The notes under the pieces are model-generated. The model searched no databases. It was not told the DNA's origin and saw nothing but the letters and a program-made list of their open reading frames with translations. Shown one piece after another: positions 50,401-63,149 of a stretch of DNA of 64,000 nucleotides; position 1 is the first letter of the stretch; each line of letters begins with the position of its first letter. The DNA comes from Tubiluchus corallicola (Eukaryota; Animalia; Priapulida). Position numbers and translations under genes: made by a program. Location of the stretch: the NCBI GenBank assembly GCA_030141605.1, contig JAQGDQ010002376.1, positions 354,422 through 418,421 of the forward strand, written 5' to 3'.

Positions 50401-50644
50401 GTAAAATTAACAGAGACTTTTAAGCCAACATTCTCAGCAAACTTATAAGTTGATTTGCATGACACGATTTTAATGCAAGAGCTTACTCAACAATAAAGAA
50501 GCAAATATGTCAAACTCATACTGCACCTTGTAATGTGACACCAGTAGGCCTAATTAGTGCATTATACGCCGTGCAGCGAAATGTCACTGCCCAAATGATC
50601 TCATTAAAGCAAATCTTTTGATGCGCGCATTGTTATTTTCTTAA

Positions 50645-50880
50645 GATGCTGTAGCGTCTTAATGATGATACAGAGATACGATTTCAGTGTTCCAGTCGAG
50701 GTTCGAGCCCCGCAGGCTTCAATCCCAGGACACATAAGACCTACCCTCTATGTTATGTAATATGTGTTACGTGAACTTAACCTGTATTGTTGTAAGTGCA
50801 GCAGCCATTATTGCTAATGTTGTATATTAAGTGAATGGCGATAAACGCTCTTTACATTTATCTTACACTTTAACTTACAA
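50645..50880 (+). mobile_element. tRNA-derived SINE
   Basis: B-box GGTTCGAGCCC at 50700, short body, TTTACA-type tail. Confidence 0.55.
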
Positions 50881-51371
50881 TGTGAAAATTGTAACTGTAT
50901 TGTAAGTATAACTATAAAAAGTTGCAAAAATTATTTTATTTTTATTGCAGAGTATGGTAAATTTATGAACAGAACATAGCGAGGACTTATTGAAACGTAC
51001 TGTAGTCAAAGATTATGAACAATTGAACATACATGTGATGTATTTTTACGTCACTGATTTTAACAGACAACATATGCACTAATGGCTGTCACACTTACAA
51101 CAATTATACAGGTTAAGATGACATAACACAAATGATGTAACATAGAGAGTAAGCCCTATGTATACTGGCACTGAACCTGCGGATCAAGAGCCTGGACTGT
51201 AACACTAAGCATGTTTGCAATCTGCAGCTCAGCTCACCCGGCCACAGAACACAGGACAAAAGTAAATATTTAAAACATCTAAAGTCTAATATTTTAAACT
51301 AAAAATGTTTTTATAGCATCCGAAAACATGTGTCAATCTACACTGACTCATTGAAGTTCATTGAAGTTTGA

Positions 51372-52190
51372 ATTGCTGTGTTCTTTGCATTACCTCTTTG
51401 CTGTGCGAGTATTTTCACAAGAATTATAAGCTGCTATGTTGTCTGCAATGCCCGTTTGCTCAGCAAGTACTTTCCTATGCACCTGAGCTCTTTATCGGAC
51501 ACATTTATTAGCTAGCCCAACAAAGTTTAAAATGATAAACACAATCCAGATGAAATTCTGAAAATGAAATACGGTTTTCTGTTGTACTGTTTTCATTACC
51601 TCATTGCTTTCCAAGTACTTTTACAAGAATTATAAACTGCTATGCTCTTTGCAATACCCGTTTGCTCTGCCAGTACTTTCATAATAAGTTGCTGTGCTTT
51701 TTGCATTACTTCTTTGCTTTGCAAGCAGTTTCATAATGAATACACGCTGCTTTGCTATTTGCGTTACCTGTTTGCTCTACGAGTACTTTCGTAACGAGTA
51801 CAAGTTGTTGTGCTCTTTGCTTTACCTTTTTGCTATGCAAGTACCTTCACAGTGATTACAAGCTGCTGTCCCCTTTGATTTACAAGTACTTTCATGATGA
51901 ATACAAGCTGCTGCGCTCGTTGTAATACCCGTTTACTCTACAAATACTTTCAGAATGAGTACAAGGTGCTGTGCTCTTTGTATTACTTCTTTGCTCTGTA
52001 AGTACTTTCACCAAAATTACAAACTGCTGTGCTCTTTGCATCACCTCTTTGTTCTGCAAGTATTTTCACGATAAGTACAAGCTGCTATACCCTTTGCAAT
52101 ATCCGTTTGCCCTACAAACACTTTCATAAGTTTATATACGACTGTGCACTTTCCATGGCCTCTTTGCTCTGCAAGCACTTTCACAAGAAA
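51372..52190. repeat. Minisatellite, about 13 diverged copies of a 58-bp unit
   Basis: Consensus AAGCTGCTGTGCTCTTTGCATTACCTCTTTGCTCTGCAAGTACTTTCACAAGAATTAC. Confidence 0.9.
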
Positions 52191-52234
52191 TGCAGATTAA
52201 ATTTCTGAGATACAGAGTCCAGCTTTTTCCACGT

Positions 52235-53803
52235 TGTTATGATATATATAAATCGTATCTATTTAATCCTGGTCGCAAGTGCCAGTTATGATCTATAAAT
52301 CTTATGATCCTTTTTATACTGATCTAATACACCAGTTATCTCTTATTAATTATTATATCTTGTGATCGTATAGCATTCACTTGATTTATATATCCATTTA
52401 AAATTGATTTGAAATTGATTCGCTTCCTATCTTAATTAATCGCCACAAGGTGATTTAACACCTGGCTCCTAGGGCTTAAGATTAGTCTATCGGGCGATAA
52501 TCTAGTCCCTCTAGACTGACTCTACGACTTCGCACTGTGAGAAAAGTCTTTATCCCAAAAGCTTTCTAGCTTAGCTCCCGCAATTGAGCTTTATTAAATT
52601 AATTAATGATTAATACAATGCGAATCTACAGGTTCGTTATCGAATCTAGTGTTGCTTAACTTTAAACACCTATAAGCATACATGAACTCGTAATTTAAGT
52701 CAAAGTGAATACTTTTATTGGTTTACAACAATTACTCTTAGCTAGATATTTGTACACGATTTGGTCTTAGACGCTGGTCGGCATTCACAAATAATGTTTT
52801 AGCTCCAAGAGATACACGAATAATTCACTTATCAATTTTCCGTGCGTTGCACTTAAGGTGCTAAATACAATGTGAAGTATACACTTTACAATCAAACCGT
52901 ATGCTACACTTAAGGTGTCTACTACAATGTGAACTACTACTATGCAGAGTTACTCTCAAGTTACAAATGCGTTAAGATTACTTAACTCGGTGGAATGGCC
53001 AATGCAACTCCCGTACACAAATCCAATGCTTCTGTAAGACTATTCGTAGATCCAGTGCTCAGATTAGCTGAGGACGTAGAACGATGGTCCACGCTGGTTC
53101 GAAACGAAGTCTATACACTTGTCAGATTTCCTGTCGCCTCTCTCTGGCTCCTCTCTCCCTGATGTTGCTCTCTGCTCGCACCCAACTAACTAACCACCAC
53201 GTGTCTTCAAACACGGGCTTATAACTCCAAGTTCCGCTTTGCGTAATGTCGCGCTGAAACGCAATATGGTGCAATAGGTTAAAGGTGACATCCTTGGCTT
53301 TACCCTGCCAAGAAGTTTATGACCATCCAGGTGGTTCAAGAATTCTTTCTCCTCCGTGGGAAGTTAGCTGCACGCCAGGTCTGTCTTTCAGAACTCCTTG
53401 CTCCCAAAGTTTCATCGCAAGCTTGGCGTCGGCCATAAAGCTTTCTTTCCAAAGAAGTTTTGCTTCTCGCGACTTCTTAATAATTATATATTCTTAAGAA
53501 TTACGTGTAACTCTGCATATGTTATATAGAGCGTTTATCTACGCTTGCATAAGGTTATAAACAAGATTACGCTTTCTCTTAATGAACACCTGTTTACCTT
53601 CAGTAAACGCAAAAACACACCTGTGAAAATAATTTGCTTCGCATTAAATCTCGTGCCTTGCCAGCTGAGTGAGTTCATATAATCAATCAATAAATTTATC
53701 TTATCAAATCAAAGAGGTATCCGTTTTATCAACTGAATCTAATTCAGTAGATAATTCTATTAATTAATCACCAAATTACCGATTCATAAATTTATTCATA
53801 ACA
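52235..53803 (-). mobile_element. Probable solo LTR (about 1.57 kb)
   Basis: TGTTATGA ... TCATAACA inverted termini (TG..CA); on the - strand a TATAA at about 53223 followed by a GA-rich tract and AATAAA at about 52718; no clear TSD. Confidence 0.5.
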
Positions 53804-54493
53804 TTGTACTTTATCGTACTGGGCATACCGTGGTGCATATCTAATAAGCTCGTCTCTGAGAAATGATCAATGGAACTTCAAGCTATTCTTGAGTACTCCA
53901 GAAGCGGGACATTAACGGAAGTTAATCAAAACTTAAGTATACTTGTGGCATTCTCGATGCAACCACATGCTGTTACATTCGCAGAATATAAATTTCATTG
54001 AGATGAAGCACATGCTGTTACATACGTGAACGTGAATTTTATCGAGATACTATATAACGCTAATGAGAGATGGTTTTCAATAATAAATTCAATAAAGACT
54101 ACGCATTATGATAATTTTACAGGTGCCCAGATCCTCAGATAATTTCTTAAACAAGGCGGAAGACCCTTGGTCTAATGATAAAGGTACTAGAAAGGTTTAA
54201 GAAATAAAACATAAACAAAAATTGTATTAATGACTCTAACCTGTTCACTTAGCAAGTTACCATGGCAGAGAAGCCATGGGAGCTCATTGATTTTTCTTTT
54301 CTTTTATTCTTTTAAAGTCATAATCATGGTTCAATACTGCTAGAACATATGTATGGAAGAATTTCTGTGAAAAACATAGGGGGTCTAGATGCTGATATAC
54401 ATAATGTAATAAAATCATTGCAATGTGCGAACGAGTGAAATTCGAAAAGCAGAGTACTGATTAGAGAAGCACGCAAAATCATTGCCTCCCCAG

Positions 54494-54852
54494 CAGAGCC
54501 ATGTTATGATCTTTTGGGATCCCTAGTATAATAAAATTATGGGGCCCCTCGACAGAGCTACCTTCTAATTCGCACGATGATAAAGAAACATGGACCGAGG
54601 CCCACGATTTACTGCTAGGACCCAAAACTAGGGCCCCCTATGTCAAATAACGCGCCACAATAACAGGCCACACCATTCTTTTAAAATTGGGTTTTTAGAC
54701 TCCTAGGCCTCCCTTTTTAATTCAGCAATACAAATAATTGAAATATTATACTCATTTTACGAAAAAGTTAATTTGAAGATTTTTAGAAGAGCACTTCAAG
54801 CCTGAGGGTTCTAGGCAGCAACCTATACTAGCCTTCAGAGTAATATGGCCTG
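54494..54852. mobile_element. hAT-type MITE, copy 3 (more diverged)
   Basis: CAGAGCCATGTTATG ... TAATATGGCCTG; shares AAATTATGGGGCCC and CTAGGC.GCAACCTATACTAG with copies 1 and 2. Confidence 0.65.
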
Positions 54853-55367
54853 CATTATAGAAGCACCCTTCCATGAAAAATGCCAACAAGCAGAGAATCA
54901 GAAGTGTCACTAATGAATGATTGACTCATAAACGTACAAAATAGACTTTAGCACATGTTGCATTGTTGCTCGCACATAAATAAAAAAATCCGCTCATCAA
55001 AAACAGAAGGTATGTATCAATTGATGTTCGTCTTCAGTTTAGAGAGAGTCAATCACTTATCTTCGACGATGTCGGGAAAATGAGATCAATACTTTTCTGA
55101 CAGCACACAATCTAGAAGCAATGATGGAACTGAGTTAGATTTTAATAGCAAGTTTTATTTAAATGCGAAATGCGCTTCCGTTAAATCTGTTCACTTAAAT
55201 GTGCAGTTAAATTAGATGACTGTCGTAAAACCCAGTTGAAAAACGTTAGAAGATGCCCAAGGTTTTTTTCGTGGTATTGTGTACAGTAAATATCAGTAAC
55301 CAAAGTCAAGCCATGCCTGGGGGTTGGCCCGTAGTTGCCTTGGTGGCTACCTAGTTCACTATTCACT

Positions 55368-55383
55368 GTAATAGTAGTAGTAT

Positions 55384-55419
<36 letters not shown>

Positions 55420-55555
55420 TGGTAGTGGTAGTGGTGGTGGTGGTGGTGGTGGTGGTGGTGGTGGTGGTGGTGGTAGTGGTAGTGGTAGTGGTAGCGGTAG
55501 CGGTAGCAGTAGCAGTAGCAGTAGCAGTAGCAGTAGCAGTAGCAGTAGCAGTAGC

Positions 55556-55623
<68 letters not shown>

Positions 55624-55700
55624 CAGTAGCAGCAGTAGTAGCAGTAGCAGCAGCAGTAGTAGTAGTAGTAGTATTAATAGTAGCAGCCTTAGCAGCAGCA
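55368..55700. repeat. Long compound trinucleotide repeat (AGT)n/(GGT)n/(AGCAGT)n
   Basis: Directly visible; explains the poly-T, poly-V and poly-L ORFs at 55181-55874. Confidence 0.97.
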
Positions 55701-58700
55701 GAGATAAACAAGATTCTGGTTCTGCCATTAAGTATCCCTGTCACCGAGTGCTTGAATCCAGCTTGCAGAATGCTGAACTGTAAAACATGTCCGGAATGCG
55801 AAGGGTTGTGTTGCCTGCTTACCACATACGTGCACGTATGCACTAATGTACATTTTGCTTGCACTTATTTGTAAAATGTACAAATTCTAATGACATGGTA
55901 TGTGTTAAATGATATTTCATTTAATACTTCTGCAATAGCTCTCCATTGTGACTTCACAATATTAAAAAACCTCTTCACACTACCCACATCAAACGGTACC
56001 ACCCACGCCAGTCTGTTGATGCGCTATCCGAACATCAATAGTGCACGAACGTCCTGTATACAGGTAGTCTTTGCTTACTGCTTGCAAAATGATGGTAATA
56101 ACCATAACAGATGGACGTTTATAGTTGTCGTAGAACCATTTTTTGTTAAACTTTAAAACGCATTGTTTACCGCAAAATGAGTAAATGACAAACTTTTGTA
56201 TTACACGAAGTAAAACCAGGCCGGCATCACAGCAAAATGAACGGCTTCATAGAGTTAATCACAAGCGAGTAACTTAAACATCTAAATCCTGCAGTTACTT
56301 AACTAAAGGAAATTAAAATCTACATTAAACATATTGTATTAGTCATTGTTGTTGCGAATGCCGAGTTTCTCTGATGCACGCTTTCAAAAATGAGGCGCAA
56401 TTATGCATTTGTTATAAAACATATACATAGAATAGGAGAAGCCACGCAGGCACATGGCGCTTACGTATTGTAATTTAATTAAACCATGTTCTATTACAAT
56501 TAAAAATGCATTTATTTAACAGTCCACTATAATTCTGTTGGGCACCCTGTGTCAATCCTCAGAATCTTTGAAAATCATTTAAATGCGTTTTTGCATTTTT
56601 ACGTTAGCAGCTTATTTACATTTAGACTTACTTATTACTCAAAAATTACTTATTTCTTCAAAATACCCTGAGTTCAGGCATTCTGGAAATATTTAGAAGT
56701 TGTCGAAGACACGGTAGACTCAATAGAGCTGGCATCCTATTATACACTGACTATGACACAAAATGAATAGAAAGAAATCCAGGAGAAGAACCAACAAGCC
56801 ATGAAAAGGCATGTAATTCCCCATAAAATCTGCTCCAAACAGAGTCTTGAACTGAAACAAACCTGTATATGTAAGCTTTGAAACTTGAAAGGTGGTAGAT
56901 ACCATCTTTTAGCATGTACATCAAACGCCATTTTCCTATGCCAATGGACATATAACTCAATTATTACTGTTATGCTTGTTAATCAGAGTAAAAAATTCCC
57001 TTTATTGTATGCTTGTTAAGCTATTTTAGCTTAATATTTGTAATTTTATGACTAGTGTGTTTTAAATTGCCATACCTGGTGTAATAAAATATATGAATTA
57101 AAAAAAAATCATTTATTATTGAGAACTTTACTAAACAGTGAAAAGGATGTAACGTAACAAGCGCGGAATGATCAATGAGCATAGTGGACGTTTTAATTAA
57201 ATTACTTCATACTGCTGTTTCCAATGCTATGGTATTAGTCGTATAGAAGTGGAAAAGATTTCTAATTACAAACAGACTTTCTCTTCCCCTTTCATATAAC
57301 CGCCAAATGAAAGGGTAGCCTACAACATGATAGAGCAGCTAATCGCCCAGAAAATATTTTCTTTGCATTCCTACAAACGAATTTCATTAATTCGCTTTTC
57401 TGACATCAAAGCGTTTGAGAAATGTTTAGCGTCACAAAACATTCGTTTTTTCTCCTCTGCGTAGATTAATGCATTCAAGACATTAATCACTAGCATTCAG
57501 GAAAACGAGTACGTTTTTTAAAGTTCAAACGAGTATTAAACTCCCTAATTTGTGGACTGGCCGGATGTCTGATACACTGAATTGGTCTTTCTGGAGTTCT
57601 CCGAACTGGCGATGCTTTAGATGTTGACAGGCGATTTAGATCGAGAATTCCGATGCGTTTTGATGAAGTTTTGATGAAACTGATCAATACTGGTGTTTTT
57701 ACTTTCGCCAGTAAATAAGTCTCAATGTAAATAAGCTGCCGCTAATTTAAACACAGTAAAATATAAAATACGACAATAATAAAACAAAACGTAGTGTTAT
57801 TCAAAGATTTTGATGATCGATATTGGGTGCTTGGCAAAAATTATAGTACAGACAGTTATATAATTATGTTGTAATAAAACAAGTTTTTAGTTAAATTACA
57901 ATTTTTAATACGTAAACGCCCCGTGCCTGGGTGACTTCTCGTATTCTGCATGTTTTATTCAAGATTTCATAATTTGTAAATCATGTAAATACGTAAGTAT
58001 TTTGGAATGAATAATATAATGATAGTGAGGCACGCTGCCACCTCCAGCACCGTTGGTCTTTTATTTCGGTTTTCTGTATGATTTAATACGTACTTACTCT
58101 TCCTATGCAAAGTAAATTACTCTCCAGCGAAATTATACCTTGTACTTTGTAAGCCAACAACTGAGAGGAGCTTGTGAGCCCTCCAGCCGGTATTCCGGGG
58201 AGCCCACCGGAACTCAGAAGTTTGCTTCGTCATAAAGAAATGGCATACACCCACCTCTCTGCCACGGAAATATTTGTAAGTGAATTTTCGAAACAATGCG
58301 TGCTTTGATCAAGTAGTGTTTACTATCAACATTGATTCGTGACACGAGGTTTGACTGGCAGCTCTGGAATGCTCGGAACGCAACAACCTGGCTTCAAACT
58401 GGCTTCCCTTGTTTGCATGATGATATACTAAGTAAATAATCACATTGCACCGGGTCAAGCTGCAGCTTTAACTACATCTGAACTCATCTTTTTTGCACAA
58501 AAATGGAGCTCATACTCACTGGTAATGTTCAGAATTACTTCATTACAAGGCATTAGGCATCAATAATATGGTTCTAATTTTATTATTTCATTAATGCTCA
58601 TTGAAAGTACAATAATATTAATGGTGACTTATACCAGTAGATTTGTTTATTGGCGCTGCTATGAGTATTATAAGCTACTATTTATAATTATGTAAAACTA

Positions 58701-59007
58701 TTACATTTAATTCGATTCTGTTCTATTTTTTTCATTTGGACTAGTTCAGTCCCATTGTTACTTATTTGATTTTATTAGATAACTTTTTATACTTAAGTTG
58801 TAATGGTGTGCGGTTGGTGAATACTAAGAATATTAAAGTGTGTCACAGTCAACTTATAGCAATTCAGATTAAGTTGACAGCGACATACTTTCTAACTGAT
58901 GAAGATCGAGAAACTGAAAGCTTCTGGTCTGAAATAAACTTTAAACTACAAAGCAATTTTGTGAACTTTATGGAAGAATTTTCATTAATTGTTTTAATTT
59001 CTAATCT

Positions 59008-59150
59008 AATATAATATAATCTAATCTAATCTGATCTGATCTGATCTGATCCGATCCGATCCGATCCGATCCGATCCGATCCGATCCGATCCGATCCGAT
59101 CCGATCCGATCCAATCCAATCCAATCCAATCTAATCCAATCCAGTCCATT
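59008..59150. repeat. Graded pentanucleotide microsatellite TCTAA>TCTGA>TCCGA>TCCAA
   Basis: Directly visible. Confidence 0.95.
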
Positions 59151-60859
59151 CTACATGATTCTACTACCTCTACAAATCAAATAACGTGCTCTAATAACGC
59201 GAATGAGTTAGCAATACTCTGAACTCAAAATCGCTTTGCCTTCAAATTTATTGTACTTGTGTGTATTGATTAATAGTAACTAGAGCTATAACAGCCGTAA
59301 ACTTAATGCTGTTTGCGTGTTGAACGCGTTAAGTACTAGTGCCACATTATAATTGTAGGAGAGGACTGAAACGCCTACACTAATCAGTAATGGCTGCTTG
59401 AAATCTTCATATCTGCACAGGCAAGCATGTTTATGGTAAAGTAAAAAGTAACGTGCAAATTGAAAGGAAAACGGGACGATTGGTTAAACCCAACTTCCTT
59501 TTTACGGTCCAAAATATACATTTTCTTGTCTATAACAGTTTCTTATATTTTCTGTTTCTTAAATTTCAATAATTCGCTTGGAATGTTAATTAATGGCAAC
59601 CGAACACAGCTATCGGTTATGTCACAAACTAATCACAATTTGTGCGATGGTACACATCTTCCCTAAGCACGTTTGCGTAAGCGAAGATTGCTATAAGACG
59701 CCGACGTGATGTCACGAAAATTGGCTCTACTGATAAAAAGGGAAAACACTGCTGTTCATGATCATGCTTATTAAGGTGCCGCGCCTATCTGTCGGCCACG
59801 CGAAAGGTGACAAGAAGGCGCCATTACCAGTCTTAGTCGATTCACTGAGCCAGGCATAGCTTTGAACGTTTAACACAATGTAACTGTCCGAGGTAATTAT
59901 TATTTAATATGAGCTTTGGTTTAAAAAGCTATTGCAGTTTTCAGTATTTTAGAGCATACGTTATTTTTAGTCAAATGTCTACACAATGACCCGGTTTTCC
60001 TTTAATTATTGCGACGAGCATTATTCAAAGCTATTTATATTTCCAGAACTATTTTGCTTATGTGACACTAAACCCGCGTGTTACAGTCCATACACGACAG
60101 TTTAAGCTTAGCGCGAATGCAAAAATCTCTAGCATGACGTATTGTTTCTTAATACAACAATTAGAAAATATCATAATACTCTCTAATATAAATGACAGTG
60201 TTGCACAGTTTGCAATGGAATTAATCGATAGAGATAAAGAAAGACATTGATGTCTACTTGAAACGCTTGGTATACACTATAATCGTAGTAGATGAGTTGA
60301 TACGGTCTACGTCAAGGATTCTTGATATTTTGAGGCACGGAGGACAGAAACACGACATTTTGCTTGTAAACAAGGAATGTTATTTTATGTTACTGAATGA
60401 TGATTGTCTCGCACACAACGTATAAGTATCCTTACAAAGTGATGATTGCCTCAAACACAAAGAAAAAGATTATTCTCACAAACATTATGTATATGATCTA
60501 TTCTCACTTTTTTCATGCAACTGTACCCAACTTCTTCAAATTAAACATTTTGCATGACTTTCAAGGGCACGTTGGTGCCTGTGCTTGTACTCCAAAGTGG
60601 TCCGTAAACAATAAGCCAAGAGTTCCTATCGGATAGAAACTACGTGTTAGCGTCACGTCATGTCTGATGGCAGGGTTGCTAATGTACAGGCTGGAAATTC
60701 TCCTGTTTCTGTAAGTTTTGAAGTTAGAAATTTGGGAATTAGCCATGATTTGGCCCTATGAAAGCTCACATTAATAACATTTGTAAATCGTTTAGTTTAC
60801 TTCTTCGCAGAATTGGCGTAGTTCGTAAATTTATAACATTATCTGCAATTGAGCAACTT

Positions 60860-61355
60860 GGCTTGACTATTGTATTTTTTATAAATTAATATTCCTGCTT
60901 AAGAAACTAATCGTTTACAACGTCTTCAGAATACTGCTGCAAGAATTGTTACTAAAACTTGACGTTTTGATTATATAACTCGAATCTTAATGGACTAGCT
61001 TCCTGTCAAATAACGTATTATTTTTAAACTATTGCTTATTATCTTTATACGTGCTTTTACCAGTGCAGCTCCACGTGAATGGAATAAATTCTCTTTTAAC
61101 TTGCGATCACACACTGATTTTTACTGTATTAAAATTAGTCTCAAATCTTACCTTTTTACCGTTTTTATCGTTTAATTAATCTGCCTGGTGAATTTTTTAG
61201 TATATATATGCTTGCATTATTGTGTGTTTATAAATTTATAGTAGTCACTAATTCTAAACCTAAATTTTATGTATTATTGTGTACTATAGACACTGAACTA
61301 TTCTGTCGATTTTTGCGCTCTACAAATGATTTATCATTATTACTAAATTATTATT
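60860..61355 (+). mobile_element. L2-clade LINE 3' fragment
   Basis: RLQRLQNTAARIVTKT, LPVK.RIIFKLLL, RAFTSAAPREWN, LKSYLF, then a TTA-rich tail. Confidence 0.8.
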
Positions 61356-62229
61356 GCCACTACGTCGTGAATGTGTCAGCTTGTCTACGAGTGAGATTCT
61401 AGTTTTAGAGTCCGCCTAGTGCTTCGTAAATTGTACTCTAACAAAAAACAATTAGTAATATTTAACGTTCAAAGCGAAACCAAATATATGAAGCCATAGC
61501 AGATCCTGTAACGTTAAAGAATAAAGCAGGAAAGCTCATATGTTAAAGATAAATTACTCATACCTTTACTTAAAAGAACGTTGGGCAATGTTCACAGCAG
61601 GAAGTAAACTTCAATCAATGATATACGCAACGTAGAAAAAATTGTCGTGTCAAAAGAGTTAACGTTTTCGTCCAGCAGCTGGCTTCACTTGCAGCTAGTG
61701 CGCGGTTGTTGTATTCAAATACCACAGCATCTTCCAACGTTACCACTCATGTTATAAAGCATGAAGCCAAGGCATGCGCTGTTGGTTTTTAAACGTATTG
61801 TGACATGGTAAATTTATGCGTAAAGAATGCGCAACCAAAGGGGCAGTTTAAAAACTAAACAGGGGCTGCTTGAGTAGGGATTCCGGTCGATAATTGTGGA
61901 CTTTTAGCAGAGAAAACCCCCGAGGTGCGTTTACAGTTGCTGACTACGCATTGAAGAGAACTAGCATTTTTGTTTGAGATTTCTGCATCCATAATAACCA
62001 GTAATTTGTACGCATGAAGTGGTACGTCTACACAAAGAATGGCACACATTAACATAATTTTAAACACGGGAATTACAATAATAAAAATTATATTATAATT
62101 ATAAAATGATCTATAAAAATGATATTATAATTACATACTCAATACGACACGTCAGTGAGTAAACAAATGCCTTTAACATTTTATTGCACTTGTGATAGAT
62201 TGTGTAATAAAAATAAATGTTTTTATAGG

Positions 62230-62745
62230 TTATCTTACAGATGTATAAAATACGGTAGACCAAGGTCGACACAATATCCTTTGTAAATTCCTTTCATACA
62301 AAGTGTGTGTGAACATCTGAATCTGCCTACCTTATCTCAGCCGGTTCATTGTTTTTTGTGGAATCAACCTTGATTATCATCCGTGTTCTAGTCACGCATT
62401 AGTAATAAGCTTGGTGTTGAAAACTGGGTTAAGGCGTGCACAGTGTGTCGCATCGCACTATATAAAAAAGAGATCTGACCTACATGTCCTGACAATTTGC
62501 AAAGATTCCAGTGATTTTATATTGTTAAGTAGCCCTCTATCAATAACAACGAGTGGGTTTTGATGCTTATTATCCATCTTGTCTGCAGATAAGCGCCTAC
62601 GGTGAAATACCCAACGTAAGTTTGCTTTGGATTCTGAAGAGCGTTGGCAGTAAATGCTTCCATGCACATTTCATCTGCGTAGATAAGCTGATTGACGCAC
62701 ATAACAACAAAATATCCTATTTTAAATTCAGTAATTGTTAATTAT
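62230..62745 (+). mobile_element. Possible highly decayed hAT transposase remnant
   Basis: YHPCSSHAL (CxxH motif) at about 62375 and LDSEERWQ (like TRWNS) at about 62627, in the expected order; many stops. Confidence 0.3.
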
Positions 62746-63149
62746 TAGATGAGTTAAAATACAGGCGACATTTTACTGCCTTGTCTTGAACCATTTGTAA
62801 CTCTAAAATTATTTCAAACGACATTTTCCCCTCTGACGGACACATTTTTTGCAACATATCGCGCACAAAAATTTTGATTTTAATTACTATAAATTTAGTT
62901 TTAACATCATTTTAATTTGATTAGTCTAGTTTGCCTTTTAGTGTGTTTTGTCTTCAATGCTTCAAGGCTGTTACAATGAGTACTAAGTAATCATATTAAA
63001 AACTGCATTGATTTTAGTGTGAGCGATCTAACATTGGAAATTCAGAATTTGGTTGGCCAGTTATAAGCGATAGAGCTATAAGAGTTTAGACGACTGCCTG
63101 GACCACTGGGGAGTACAATGGCCTACTGGTCTAAGGCATCTGCCCTAGA

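Noticed and set aside
54256-54269. X-box-like GTTACCATGGCAGA
   Set aside because: Imperfect right half-site, far from any identified ciliary gene start; could be chance.
55181-55874. Long poly-Thr, poly-Val and poly-Leu ORFs (mucin-like)
   Set aside because: Products of a trinucleotide repeat that is open in several frames; no convincing splice or domain context.
61855-62067. ORF with CVVSNC resembling a THAP start
   Set aside because: Remaining THAP residues are not identifiable; too short to support.
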